Source of the DNA: Lachnospiraceae bacterium | GTDB taxonomy: Bacteria > Bacillota > Clostridia > Lachnospirales > Lachnospiraceae | Direction of reading: 5' to 3' | NCBI GenBank assembly: GCA_022769625.1 | Contig: JALEJP010000055.1 | Location: 4,701-68,700, forward strand | Length of the DNA: 64,000 bases | Shown: piece after piece, positions 28,792-37,986 of the stretch | Position numbering within the stretch: the first letter of the stretch is position 1 | How the letters are laid out: each line of letters begins with the position of its first letter | The notes under the pieces: model-generated | The model's input: the letters and a program-made list of their open reading frames with translations, nothing else | What the model was told of the DNA's origin: nothing | Database searches by the model: none | Translations under genes and position numbers: made by a program

Positions 28792-31700
28792 TTCGTCTCC
28801 TCCTGCCAACAGCAAAAACGATACAGGCTCCCAGTGCAGCTCCCAGAATAAATACAAGCAGGACAGTAATATTTTCACGCTTCCAGATACCGTTCAGACC
28901 GGTGCCGACTGCATGCATACCGGTACGCTCTGAATCATTCTCAGATTCAGGAGACTCCTTTTGTGTATCGTCGGAAGCATTGTCCGGCGTATAAGTCTTT
29001 CCCTCAAAGCTCCATCCTTTTGCTTCTTTTTTGCTGCTTTCTGTTTTTGCACTGCTTGTTTTCTGTGTCCCGTTCTCCGTTTTGCTCAGTGTTTTTCCTA
29101 CGGAACTGCCTTTTGGCTGTGTGTTTCCACCTGTCTGTGACTCTTTCGGATCTGATATTCCGGTTCCGCTCCCGTCTCCCTTTTCTCCTTTTTGAGCTGT
29201 CAGGTCAGACATGTCATAAAGCGAGGTCTTGCCATCACAAAACCGTTGATAAGCAACCAGCGCATAATAGCCCTGTTCCGTTGCCATCCCATTTACCACG
29301 CCGCCTTCACCGCCTCCATTTGTCGCCGCTCCGGCTTTGACATGCATAAACCCGCTGCCGTCGATATGATAAGAAATCAGGTTTTCCACGGTCCATCTTC
29401 CATTTTTAATGAAACGTGCGTCCTTCCGGGGATCAATTCCAAGTGCACAGAGTGCGGTAATGACCTGTGCATTGGATTCCAGCGTTTCCGCTCCCATCGT
29501 GCCGAAACCGCCTGTCTTCAGCTGCATCTTTGACAGGCGGTTTACGCCACGGTCAATTGCCGCCGTTACCTTCCCGTAACTCTCCTTATTGTAATAAGGT
29601 GCCAGCGCCTGCAGTGTCATGGCTGTAATATCGGTATCCGGTTCGTCTCCCTGCAAAGACCATCCCCCTCCGGCAATCTCTCCTTCCAGCAGATAATCAA
29701 TCAGTTTTTGTTCAGTTGTCTGTTCAGAAACACCGGAAACCTTTGGAATCGTATAGTCCGGATTGCAGTTCAGCGCAATCAGAGCCCAGATGGGACCATT
29801 AAATCCCTGTTCCGTGATTTTTGCAAAATCTGCAAGATTTTCCAGCAGATTGTAACCTGCTATGTTTCTTGCATCCTTCCCGATGGCTGTCATAACCAGG
29901 ATCTGTTTGGAATACTCGGTATATTTCACACTGTTGGTCAGTTTGCCATCCTTTTCCTCCAGGTAATTTGCAAGATGATTGTAATAGGTCTGAAAATATT
30001 TGGATTTCAGGGATTTCCCCCCTCTTGCAAGACCAAGCACAAACCATTCACTTCCTACGGTGGGGTCTTTGTCAATGGAAAGCATATATTCTGATGTCTC
30101 TTTCCTGACCTGGTCAACCGATTTTTTCAGTTTATTGGCTTTGTCTGTCACCGTCACTTTGCAGAATGCTGTTATGGATGCGTCTGACTTCAGTGAAACG
30201 GTAACCTTTACACTTCCCGGTGAAATGCCTTTCAGCATCCCGTCACCCGTGACCTTCACGATGGACGGATCGGAACTTTTTATGACTACTGTTCTGTCTG
30301 TCGTCGCATTGAATGGTGTATAATCCACCTCCAGGGAAATCGTGTTTCCAATCCCTACATATTCTTCCGGGGGGACTGAAATTTTTGTAACACGGATCGG
30401 ATTGCTGACGATCAGCAGCGCTCCGGTGTGACTGGTCTTGAACGTAATGCCGTTATCGGTAATCTGGCTTTCCAGCTCCTTTAAAACCACAGAGCTTCCC
30501 TCTGCTGTCAGGGTATTGACGCAGGGATTGTTCAGATTCTGTGCCTCCGAGAGATCTGCTTTTAATTCCAGATCCCTGTCTGGCGTATAAGTGGTTCCAC
30601 TTCGGATATCCTGATAGGAAATGATCTTATTGAAAGCAATGGATGCAAAGGAAGAATACTTTTCTGTCACTGCTTTCTTCCAGGAACTGTTTTCCGTTCC
30701 ATTTTTTACAGTCAGGCACACATACCACGCGGCAGTAACACTTAAGCCACCTGAGGTGTGGATCTGATCTCCGATCCACTGACGGATGGATTTGATGGAG
30801 TCGGTTGTTTTTTCTGACAGCCGGTTCAGCTGTTCTGCTTCCATAGCATCACAGGCATTGGAAATCACGATGAAGCTTTGGATCTGTTTGGAATTTAAGT
30901 CAAACGGCTTTGTCTGATCCACCGAAGCCACAGTCTCGTTGACACAGGAAACCGTCCAGTCTGCAATCTCTTCCATACGTTCTGCTGCTTCCTCGTTCAG
31001 ATAAGCCTTCTGATCTGCAGCGAGACTGGAATACCTTTTCCAGAGATCCACTGCATCCGCCACATTGCCAACCGTCACACGGTCTGCAAAATCCGTTATC
31101 TTTTTCTGCACTGTATCTGCTTCTGTTTTCAACTGCCGGATTTTCTCTTCCAGGTTTACCAGCTTCCGGATCAGATCGGCATCCAGCTTACTTTGCTGTT
31201 CTGTGTCCAGATCTTCGTAAGCACTGCGCACTTCCCGAACCGCGGTTTCATCCGAAAGCGAAACGCGTTCCGGTGACGGCAGATCTGTCAGCCTGTCCCG
31301 AACCCTCTCCACCTGCTTCTGCTTTTCAATCACCACATCTGCTTCCTGTTTCAGCCTGCGAAGCTCTTCCACAGACCCCGCTGACATCTCCTTTTGTACT
31401 TCATCGGAAAGTGACAGGTATTCATCCCACACCTTTTGAATCTGCTGCGCTGTTTCTTCTGTCACAGCACCTGCAGAAGAAAGCGCAGTGATTTTTGTCT
31501 CCATGGACTTTGCCAGCTCCTTCGGTGTGCCCACCATAATTTTACATTCCGCTGACACTCCACTTTGAGTCCGAACCGTAATGACCGCTTCCCCGTTTTT
31601 CAAAGCAGTGACTTTCCCCGAGGCATTCACAGAGGCAACCGAAGCATCGCTGCTTGCGTATGTAACACTCAGTTTTTCCGTGGCATTTTCGGGCTCATAT

Positions 31701-32833
31701 TTTTCCACATGGATTGAAACACTGTCTCCCATTTTCAACCAGGCAGTCGTCTGGTTCAGAATGATTTTCGTGATCTTCCGATCCTTTACCGTCACATGAC
31801 AGACCGCCGTTTTCTGATTCTGCGTTTTCACGGTGATATCAGCCGTTCCAACTCCCAAAGCCGTCACCAGTCCATCCGAATCCACCGATACAACCCCACC
31901 ATCGGAGCTGACCCATTCCAGAGAATACTGGTTCACATTTTCCGGACTCAGGACCGCATGAAGCTTCAGGGTATCACCTGGACTTAAATCTGCCTGCGTT
32001 TTCTGTAAAGTGATCTGATTGGGAAAAACCGGTTCTTCCTCCGGCAGCTGTGCCAGGGCATAATCCAGCTCACTTTGTGATGCATCCAGCTTCTGCAGTA
32101 CCGTTATGGCGTTGTAATAAGCTGCCTCACATCCCGGCACACAAAACCAGACTGATTTCTTCTGATTGATCTGTGCGATTTTCCTGGTAAGTGCCGTCTT
32201 ATCTCCCACCGGATAATACACCTTTGTTTTGTCACTGTAGCTGCATCCGGTAAGGTCTTCTCCGTATCCCCACACTGTAAACTGCAGTCGGAACACATCA
32301 CCGTCTTTCGGACTTTTCCCGTCCATGCCTACACCTGGATACTCATTACCTTTATCATTTCCCACAGAATACATCCATCCGGACATTCTCGAATAAGAAA
32401 ATTCTCCAAGCCATGCCAGATTTCCCGCATACTCATTTTTCGCACTGTTATCCGGAGGTTCCACGTTTTTAATACCTATTTTTTTCGCTCCGATCGTTTT
32501 GATGCAGGAAGGAATCGAAATCGTCCCTGCGTCTGCGCCATTGATTCCGGAAAGATAAAAACTGGCTCCTTTTGTGTCGTAGCTGTATCCATTTTCCTGC
32601 AAAACCCTCCTGCAGATCGTCTCATACGTATCCCCGCTCTGAAAGGTTGTCACATAGGGTTGGATCAGATAGCCCTGGCCGATGGAAAAACGTTCCACTG
32701 CCACGGTAACAGTTCCAGCAGAGACAGTTTCTGCCTCTGCTGAAATCATACAGCCCGGAAATGTTGAAAAAACAAGTACTGCTGACAATAGAAATGATAT
32801 CAAACAGTTCACTCTCTTTTTTCTTCTATCCAT
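28775..32833 (-). CDS. 1352-aa cell-surface protein: signal peptide, DUF4430, Big_2 modules, helical repeats, alpha/alpha-toroid (prenyltransferase/transcobalamin-alpha-like) domain, S/T-rich linker, C-terminal TM anchor
   Basis: N-terminal block FSIGQGYLIQPY...SGWMYSVGND...DGDVFRLQFTVWG. Big_2 blocks (LKLHAVLSPENVN..). Toroid motifs NGPIWALIALNCNPDY, TDITAMTLQALAPYYN and GGFGTMGAETLESNAQVITALCALG. Tail VLLVFILGAALGACIVFAVGRRRRNEKKL with no LPXTG. Confidence 0.8.
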   Translation of the reverse strand: MDRRKKRVNCLISFLLSAVLVFSTFPGCMISAEAETVSAGTVTVAVERFSIGQGYLIQPYVTTFQSGDTYETICRRVLQENGYSYDTKGASFYLSGINGADAGTISIPSCIKTIGAKKIGIKNVEPPDNSAKNEYAGNLAWLGEFSYSRMSGWMYSVGNDKGNEYPGVGMDGKSPKDGDVFRLQFTVWGYGEDLTGCSYSDKTKVYYPVGDKTALTRKIAQINQKKSVWFCVPGCEAAYYNAITVLQKLDASQSELDYALAQLPEEEPVFPNQITLQKTQADLSPGDTLKLHAVLSPENVNQYSLEWVSSDGGVVSVDSDGLVTALGVGTADITVKTQNQKTAVCHVTVKDRKITKIILNQTTAWLKMGDSVSIHVEKYEPENATEKLSVTYASSDASVASVNASGKVTALKNGEAVITVRTQSGVSAECKIMVGTPKELAKSMETKITALSSAGAVTEETAQQIQKVWDEYLSLSDEVQKEMSAGSVEELRRLKQEADVVIEKQKQVERVRDRLTDLPSPERVSLSDETAVREVRSAYEDLDTEQQSKLDADLIRKLVNLEEKIRQLKTEADTVQKKITDFADRVTVGNVADAVDLWKRYSSLAADQKAYLNEEAAERMEEIADWTVSCVNETVASVDQTKPFDLNSKQIQSFIVISNACDAMEAEQLNRLSEKTTDSIKSIRQWIGDQIHTSGGLSVTAAWYVCLTVKNGTENSSWKKAVTEKYSSFASIAFNKIISYQDIRSGTTYTPDRDLELKADLSEAQNLNNPCVNTLTAEGSSVVLKELESQITDNGITFKTSHTGALLIVSNPIRVTKISVPPEEYVGIGNTISLEVDYTPFNATTDRTVVIKSSDPSIVKVTGDGMLKGISPGSVKVTVSLKSDASITAFCKVTVTDKANKLKKSVDQVRKETSEYMLSIDKDPTVGSEWFVLGLARGGKSLKSKYFQTYYNHLANYLEEKDGKLTNSVKYTEYSKQILVMTAIGKDARNIAGYNLLENLADFAKITEQGFNGPIWALIALNCNPDYTIPKVSGVSEQTTEQKLIDYLLEGEIAGGGWSLQGDEPDTDITAMTLQALAPYYNKESYGKVTAAIDRGVNRLSKMQLKTGGFGTMGAETLESNAQVITALCALGIDPRKDARFIKNGRWTVENLISYHIDGSGFMHVKAGAATNGGGEGGVVNGMATEQGYYALVAYQRFCDGKTSLYDMSDLTAQKGEKGDGSGTGISDPKESQTGGNTQPKGSSVGKTLSKTENGTQKTSSAKTESSKKEAKGWSFEGKTYTPDNASDDTQKESPESENDSERTGMHAVGTGLNGIWKRENITVLLVFILGAALGACIVFAVGRRRRNEKKL

Positions 32834-32857
32834 AACTCCATACCAGACTCTGAATGT

Positions 32858-35800
32858 TTACTTTTTGATCTTCACAGCTTTTGCGGAAGAATAAGCGCTG
32901 TATACCTTCTTGCCGTTTACCTTCCGGTAAGCTCTTACTTTATAATAACAGGTACTGCCTTTTTTCCGTTTGCTGTCTGTATATTTAACCGTTTTTCCGG
33001 AACGGATGGTTTTGATTGCTTTATAAGTTCCGTTCTTTTTGGATGCACGGTAAACAATGTAACCGCTTGCACCTGCAACCTTCTTCCAGGTGATAAGTGC
33101 TTTCTTTCCTTTTTTATTTTTTACGGAAATAACAGCTTTTGCGGGTACGGTTTTTGCTGTCACACTATTGGAAAGCTGACTGTATACTGTTTCACCCCAT
33201 GCTGTACTCACCGCCTGTACCGCATAGTAATACCGGGTTCCGGTTACTGCATTCCTGTCACGGAAATTCAGCTCTTTTGTCTCGCCAAGTTTCTGCCAGT
33301 TTCCACCTGATACTTTACGGTAAATCGAATAGGAAGCTGCACCGATACAGGATTTCCAGGAAAGCTCCACACAATTATAGGAAACTGCTTTGGCAGCTGC
33401 CGAAGGTACCAGTTCCCGGAATTCTGTTTTTAACTTTTCCAGCGCCGCTTTCTCTGCTGCTTCTTTTTCCGCTTCCTGATTATCATCCGCGGATCCACCC
33501 ACATCGGTCAGGTCATACAGGGCGTTCTCTTTTTCAACAAAACGGCGGTATGCTTCAAACGCATAGGTCGTCTGCTGTGTTCCCATTGCATTTCCTTTGG
33601 TTTCCACAGATGGATCCCAGTAGAAACCTTCCTCTGCCTTGTAGCTCCACAGATTTGTAATCATATTTTTCTGACCGATGGTAAATCCATTTTTACCATC
33701 AGCCGCATCCATACCTGCCACAGACAGAGCAGTCAGAATCTGTGCCGTGGTACAGCTGTTCTCATTGTAGGATTTATTCGCCGCAAAGCCGGCCTCTAAA
33801 GACATCTGTTCCTGAAGCCATGTCAGTGCTTTCTCAAAGGCTTCCTGAACTTCCGGATGCTTCTCGTTATTATAAGGAGCCAGTGCCTGCAGGATCATAC
33901 CGGTCATATCAACATCGGTTGCATCGGTTAAGGTAAATCCTCCGCTGGCATCCTGGAAAAGAAGGAGCATCTCAATCAGGCTGTCCCGATTCCATTTTGC
34001 TTTTGCCGGAGTTTTGTAATTTTTGCTGTCAAGTGCAATCAAAGTCCAGGATATCTGATTGGAGGTCAGCTCATCCAGATCCTTCCAGTTGTACAGCTTT
34101 TCAATCAGGTTCATTCCACGGAAATTTTCCGGGTTTTCCCCCATGACTCCCAGTGTCAGTACAACACGGACATAGTCTGTAGGCTGGTTCAGTCCATTCT
34201 TCAATGAAGTTTCCACACTGTCCAGATACGCAGACTGATCTGCTTCCTGAATCGTTCCACCGGCCCTGAGGATCGTAAAGATATTCCACTCATCCCCGTA
34301 TTTCGTCACACTCTGTCGTTCCAGGTAATCCAGTCCGTGCGTAATACCAGCTTTTACCGTAGGCATCGGATCATAGGTTTCTGCTGTTTCGCTTTTTACC
34401 GTAACAGTGAATGTGATCGGTTTGCATCCGCCTGATGTATCGTATGGCGTGCCGGTCACGGTAACAGTTCCTGCTTTTTTGGCAACAATAGTCTTACCAT
34501 TCATGCTCACGATTCCATTTTCACTGTAACTCCAGTCAAAATCAGAATTTGTTGCATTGGAAGGTGTTGTCTCCAGACTCAGAGCAAGGGTATCGCCCAC
34601 ATTCATCTCATAAGAAGTCTGCTTCAGGGACGCATCCGTTAACGGAACCTGATATACAAAGGTAACCATTACTTCCTGGGTAAGGGAAGGGTTGTCCTGA
34701 CTGGTAACCTTAAATTTTGCCACCCCGGCTCTTTTTGGAACAATACCGGAATTATGCTGTGATGTATAGAAAGCCACATCCGGTGTCAGTGCTTCCCAAA
34801 TCAGTTCCTTATTGGTCGCATTGGAAGGTGTATAATCAATCTTCAGATTATCGCTGTAAAGCTGCAGACCGTAATAGTAGCCGGTCATAAAATCCGTCTC
34901 ACCGGTGATCGTAAAGGTTTCCGGCGTTGTGATTTGAAACCCACTTAAAGGCTGGTAATTACATTTTGCAAGGAATTGCTGTTTAACGCTCCAGTTATCC
35001 TTCATGAAAACAGACATGGCAGCCTGTCCCCCGGTTTTGATGGACAGGTTATTTCCAACCCACCTGAAATTATAGGTGGTATCATTCGTATCATAATGAA
35101 GGGCCTGCGCCGGTATAACCTGCCACTCATCTTCTGCTGTTTTCCGGCCATAGGTTGTCACTTCCACGCCGCTTGTTGTTCCTTCTGTTACATATGGCTG
35201 ATCCAGGGATACTTCCTGATCACCCACGCAGGTTTTCAGTTCGGTGATACCGCTGGAAACACATGTCACCTGAAAAGATTTGCTCCATCCTCCAGAATCA
35301 GCAATAATATTCAAAGTTCTTGTATCCCAGGGATTCCATTTACCGGTTTCCCGATTTATGAAGCTCCAGTACTGCAGATCATCTCCTCCTGCAATGGAAG
35401 ATACGAAATCACTGCCGCCACTCCATGTAGTGGTACCTTCCGATCTTCCAACCACAAATTTACCTTCATCCAGACAGGTCAGTGTAATCGTATTATCTTC
35501 ACCGAGAATCTGCGGATCCCTTCCGTCTTCATATTCAAAATATACATAGGGTCCCTGATAAGCAGTGACTTCTACCTCAAAAGTGGATGTCCTGGATCCG
35601 ACTTTTACGATGACGCTGGTCTTTCCTTCCTTTTTTCCTTTTACGGAAGCAAGATATTCATTTCCTTCCATCGGTATAACCTCTGCCACCGTTTCATCTT
35701 CCACGCTCCACTCCCAGTCCAGATTTTCAATACCGGATGGAACCACTTCAGCCATCAGATTGAGTTCCCCGGAAATGGCTTCCACCTGATTGGTGGAACC

Positions 35801-36730
35801 CATATTAGTGATGTAGAGACTGTCAGCATCACGAACGGTCACCTCAACACTGTCTTTTACTTCCGGATTCTCTGCTGTCACGGTAATGGTTGCTGTTCCG
35901 GCACCAATTCCTTTGATCACGCCATCCTTAACCGTTGCGACCGTTTCATCTGTTGATTCCCAGGTCAGAACATCTGTGCTTCCAAGAGGATCCAGTGTCG
36001 GTATCACGGTCACTTTCTGACCGCCGTAAATCTCCATTTTTTCTTCCGGCAACGTGATGTCCACTGCTCCGTCCGTGGCCGTCTCCATCTTTTCTTTTGC
36101 AGCGGCTACTGTCTCAGGAGTAGCATCCGTCGTATTCAGGAGCATCGCAACCGCCTCATCATAGGCAGCTCTGCGATTGCCGCCAAGTGCATTGGCATCA
36201 TATTGGGAGAGAGTCTGGATCAGCGCATCCTTGCTGACCTTTATATTTCCAACGGCTCCCCATCCTCCACCTTCTGAGGTTATTCCCGCTTTTTCCAGAT
36301 CACTTCCCGGGATATAAATAATACGCAAAACCGTTACCCGGCTTGCCCAGAAAGACGCAGAGTCGGTATAGCACTCACCGTCTGCCGATATCACCCATTT
36401 CGATCCTTCTCCGAGATCACCGTTATCGAGCCATCCGTCTTCCCGGCTGTCATCTTTAAATCCAGTAATCTCATCGTTGCTCATTTTAACCTGATCACTT
36501 CCCAGAAGTGACGTGATAAAAGGCGTACCATAACTGCCGCTCCAGCTCTCTGTCATCGTTGGCGGAACCAGAATCGTCCCATTTCCTTCTGCATCATATT
36601 TTTCAACGGTATAATACCTTGGTGCTGCTGCCTGCACCTGCACATCCATCACCGTAAATCCGGAGATGATCATGCACAGAGTAAGAACAATGCTCACTGC
36701 TCTTTTTAAAAACTTATTTCTCCTGTTCAT
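32858..36730 (-). CDS. 1290-aa secreted surface protein: Big_2 modules, beta-rich region, alpha/alpha-toroid domain, two very basic Fn3 modules
   Basis: Signal peptide MNRRNKFLKRAVSIVLTLCMIISGF... Several Big_2 blocks. Toroid motifs QISWTLIALDSKNYK, VDMTGMILQALAPYNN and EAGFAANKSYNENSCTTAQILTALSVAG. C-terminal Fn3-like repeats (SYSIYRKVSGG.., GYIVYRASKKNG..). ATG at 36730 lies 7 nt after GAGGAGG. Confidence 0.8.
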   Translation of the reverse strand: MNRRNKFLKRAVSIVLTLCMIISGFTVMDVQVQAAAPRYYTVEKYDAEGNGTILVPPTMTESWSGSYGTPFITSLLGSDQVKMSNDEITGFKDDSREDGWLDNGDLGEGSKWVISADGECYTDSASFWASRVTVLRIIYIPGSDLEKAGITSEGGGWGAVGNIKVSKDALIQTLSQYDANALGGNRRAAYDEAVAMLLNTTDATPETVAAAKEKMETATDGAVDITLPEEKMEIYGGQKVTVIPTLDPLGSTDVLTWESTDETVATVKDGVIKGIGAGTATITVTAENPEVKDSVEVTVRDADSLYITNMGSTNQVEAISGELNLMAEVVPSGIENLDWEWSVEDETVAEVIPMEGNEYLASVKGKKEGKTSVIVKVGSRTSTFEVEVTAYQGPYVYFEYEDGRDPQILGEDNTITLTCLDEGKFVVGRSEGTTTWSGGSDFVSSIAGGDDLQYWSFINRETGKWNPWDTRTLNIIADSGGWSKSFQVTCVSSGITELKTCVGDQEVSLDQPYVTEGTTSGVEVTTYGRKTAEDEWQVIPAQALHYDTNDTTYNFRWVGNNLSIKTGGQAAMSVFMKDNWSVKQQFLAKCNYQPLSGFQITTPETFTITGETDFMTGYYYGLQLYSDNLKIDYTPSNATNKELIWEALTPDVAFYTSQHNSGIVPKRAGVAKFKVTSQDNPSLTQEVMVTFVYQVPLTDASLKQTSYEMNVGDTLALSLETTPSNATNSDFDWSYSENGIVSMNGKTIVAKKAGTVTVTGTPYDTSGGCKPITFTVTVKSETAETYDPMPTVKAGITHGLDYLERQSVTKYGDEWNIFTILRAGGTIQEADQSAYLDSVETSLKNGLNQPTDYVRVVLTLGVMGENPENFRGMNLIEKLYNWKDLDELTSNQISWTLIALDSKNYKTPAKAKWNRDSLIEMLLLFQDASGGFTLTDATDVDMTGMILQALAPYNNEKHPEVQEAFEKALTWLQEQMSLEAGFAANKSYNENSCTTAQILTALSVAGMDAADGKNGFTIGQKNMITNLWSYKAEEGFYWDPSVETKGNAMGTQQTTYAFEAYRRFVEKENALYDLTDVGGSADDNQEAEKEAAEKAALEKLKTEFRELVPSAAAKAVSYNCVELSWKSCIGAASYSIYRKVSGGNWQKLGETKELNFRDRNAVTGTRYYYAVQAVSTAWGETVYSQLSNSVTAKTVPAKAVISVKNKKGKKALITWKKVAGASGYIVYRASKKNGTYKAIKTIRSGKTVKYTDSKRKKGSTCYYKVRAYRKVNGKKVYSAYSSAKAVKIKK

Positions 36731-36832
36731 CTTAATCCTCCTCACGAAATCCTAAAACATTCAAAGTCCGCTCATTTTTCTGATATCATAAAACGATGAT
36801 ATGTTTGTTGCGATCGCCTCCTTTTCCTCCAG

Positions 36833-37693
36833 TTATGATTTATCTGCAAATTCCATATCGAAACCAAACTCCCGGCAGTATGCTTCCACCCTTCCACCTC
36901 TTCTGCATCTGATTTTTGTGGATCGGTTGATGATCCATTCCCCGATTTCATCCGGTTCATGCAGAATTTCAAGCACCTGCAGTCGATTGCATCCGTGAAA
37001 TACCCACTTCCCGATTCGTTTTACACTTTCCGGGATTTTTACCGATTTCAGCATCGTGCATTTGAAAAATGCTGCTTCCTCCAGTTCCACAAGGCGTTCA
37101 GGTAAATGAAGTTCTTCCAGGGCCGTGTAGTAAAAGGCTTCCTGGCCAATCTTTTTCACCGATTTCGGTATATGAATTTGAGTCAGTGATTTACATCGAT
37201 AAAACGCTCTGCGTTCAATCCTTTCCAGATTGGTTGGAAGTACAATTTCCCTAAGCTGTGTGCAGCAGTCAAAAACACAGGATCCAAGTTCCGGCAGCAA
37301 CGCATCCGGATCCACAAAAACCGTCTGAAGCTTTCTGCACTCTTTAAACGCAGCGCTCTCCAGAAGTCTGATCTCTCTTGGGATACGGACGCTCTGCAGC
37401 GCACAGCTGCGTGCAAATGCCGCTTCTCTTATGGCTGTCACAGACTCCGGCAGCAAAAGTTCTCCTTCTATGCCGCAATTTTTAAAAGCTTCACGGCCGA
37501 TGATCCGGCAGGTTTTCGAAAATCTTACCTGTCTGAGTTTTGTCATATTTTCAAACGCTTTATCACCAATAAAAAAATACGGATCCGGTATGACAAACTC
37601 CTCCTGATTACGGCTCCCTACCTGCTTTTTTGTGATGGTTCTTACGGAAAGTTGTAAATCATGCCATTTCTTTTCATCCAGTTTGTATCGCAT
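36833..37693 (-). CDS. BspA-type leucine-rich repeat (LRR_5) protein without a signal peptide; first gene after the riboswitches
   Basis: Repeats of the type IG..AF..C..L..V.IP.SV..I. The N-terminus MRYKLDEKKWHDLQLSVRT is hydrophilic. RBS AAAGGAG lies 6 nt before the ATG at 37693; the track start 37744 lies inside the riboswitch terminator. Confidence 0.75.
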   Translation of the reverse strand: MRYKLDEKKWHDLQLSVRTITKKQVGSRNQEEFVIPDPYFFIGDKAFENMTKLRQVRFSKTCRIIGREAFKNCGIEGELLLPESVTAIREAAFARSCALQSVRIPREIRLLESAAFKECRKLQTVFVDPDALLPELGSCVFDCCTQLREIVLPTNLERIERRAFYRCKSLTQIHIPKSVKKIGQEAFYYTALEELHLPERLVELEEAAFFKCTMLKSVKIPESVKRIGKWVFHGCNRLQVLEILHEPDEIGEWIINRSTKIRCRRGGRVEAYCREFGFDMEFADKS

Positions 37694-37733
37694 CCTCTGC
37701 TCCTTTCCGTTTCCCCTGCCTTTTTCAGGCAAC

Positions 37734-37940
37734 AAAAAAAGCACATTTCCCTCACCCGGGAAACATTACTTCCACACCCGATATGGCAGGTCTCCTGACT
37801 TAGCTTCTTCCTCCGAAGCGCCTTCTCGAATCTTTCTTTCAATGGCATTTGCTTCTTCGTCGGCAATACAGTAGTGGTGACTGTCCCGGATTCCAACCGG
37901 GTTCCCTTTTTGCTCCACACAGATTGTGCTTCACCATATC
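37734..37940 (-). promoter_or_regulatory. cobalamin riboswitch, gene-proximal copy, with terminator
   Basis: Minus strand reads GGTGAAGCAC...AAAAGGGAACCCGGTTGGAATCCGGGACAGTCACCACTACTGTA. The B12 box AGTCAGGAGACCTGCC is the complement of 37785-37800. It is followed by GUUUCCC gggtga GGGAAAU + U7 (37734-37764). Confidence 0.88.
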
Positions 37941-37986
37941 GTGATTTTCTATTGTTAATTTACCCTGACTTTTATTTTTGGGTAAC

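Noticed and set aside
34976-35956. A 326-aa plus-strand ORF inside the 1290-aa surface-protein gene. Similar long plus-strand ORFs occur at 8304-8987, 9558-10226, 10953-11549 and 17911-18807.
   Set aside because: All are antisense to long minus-strand genes with strong domain signatures. None has an RBS or a recognisable family.
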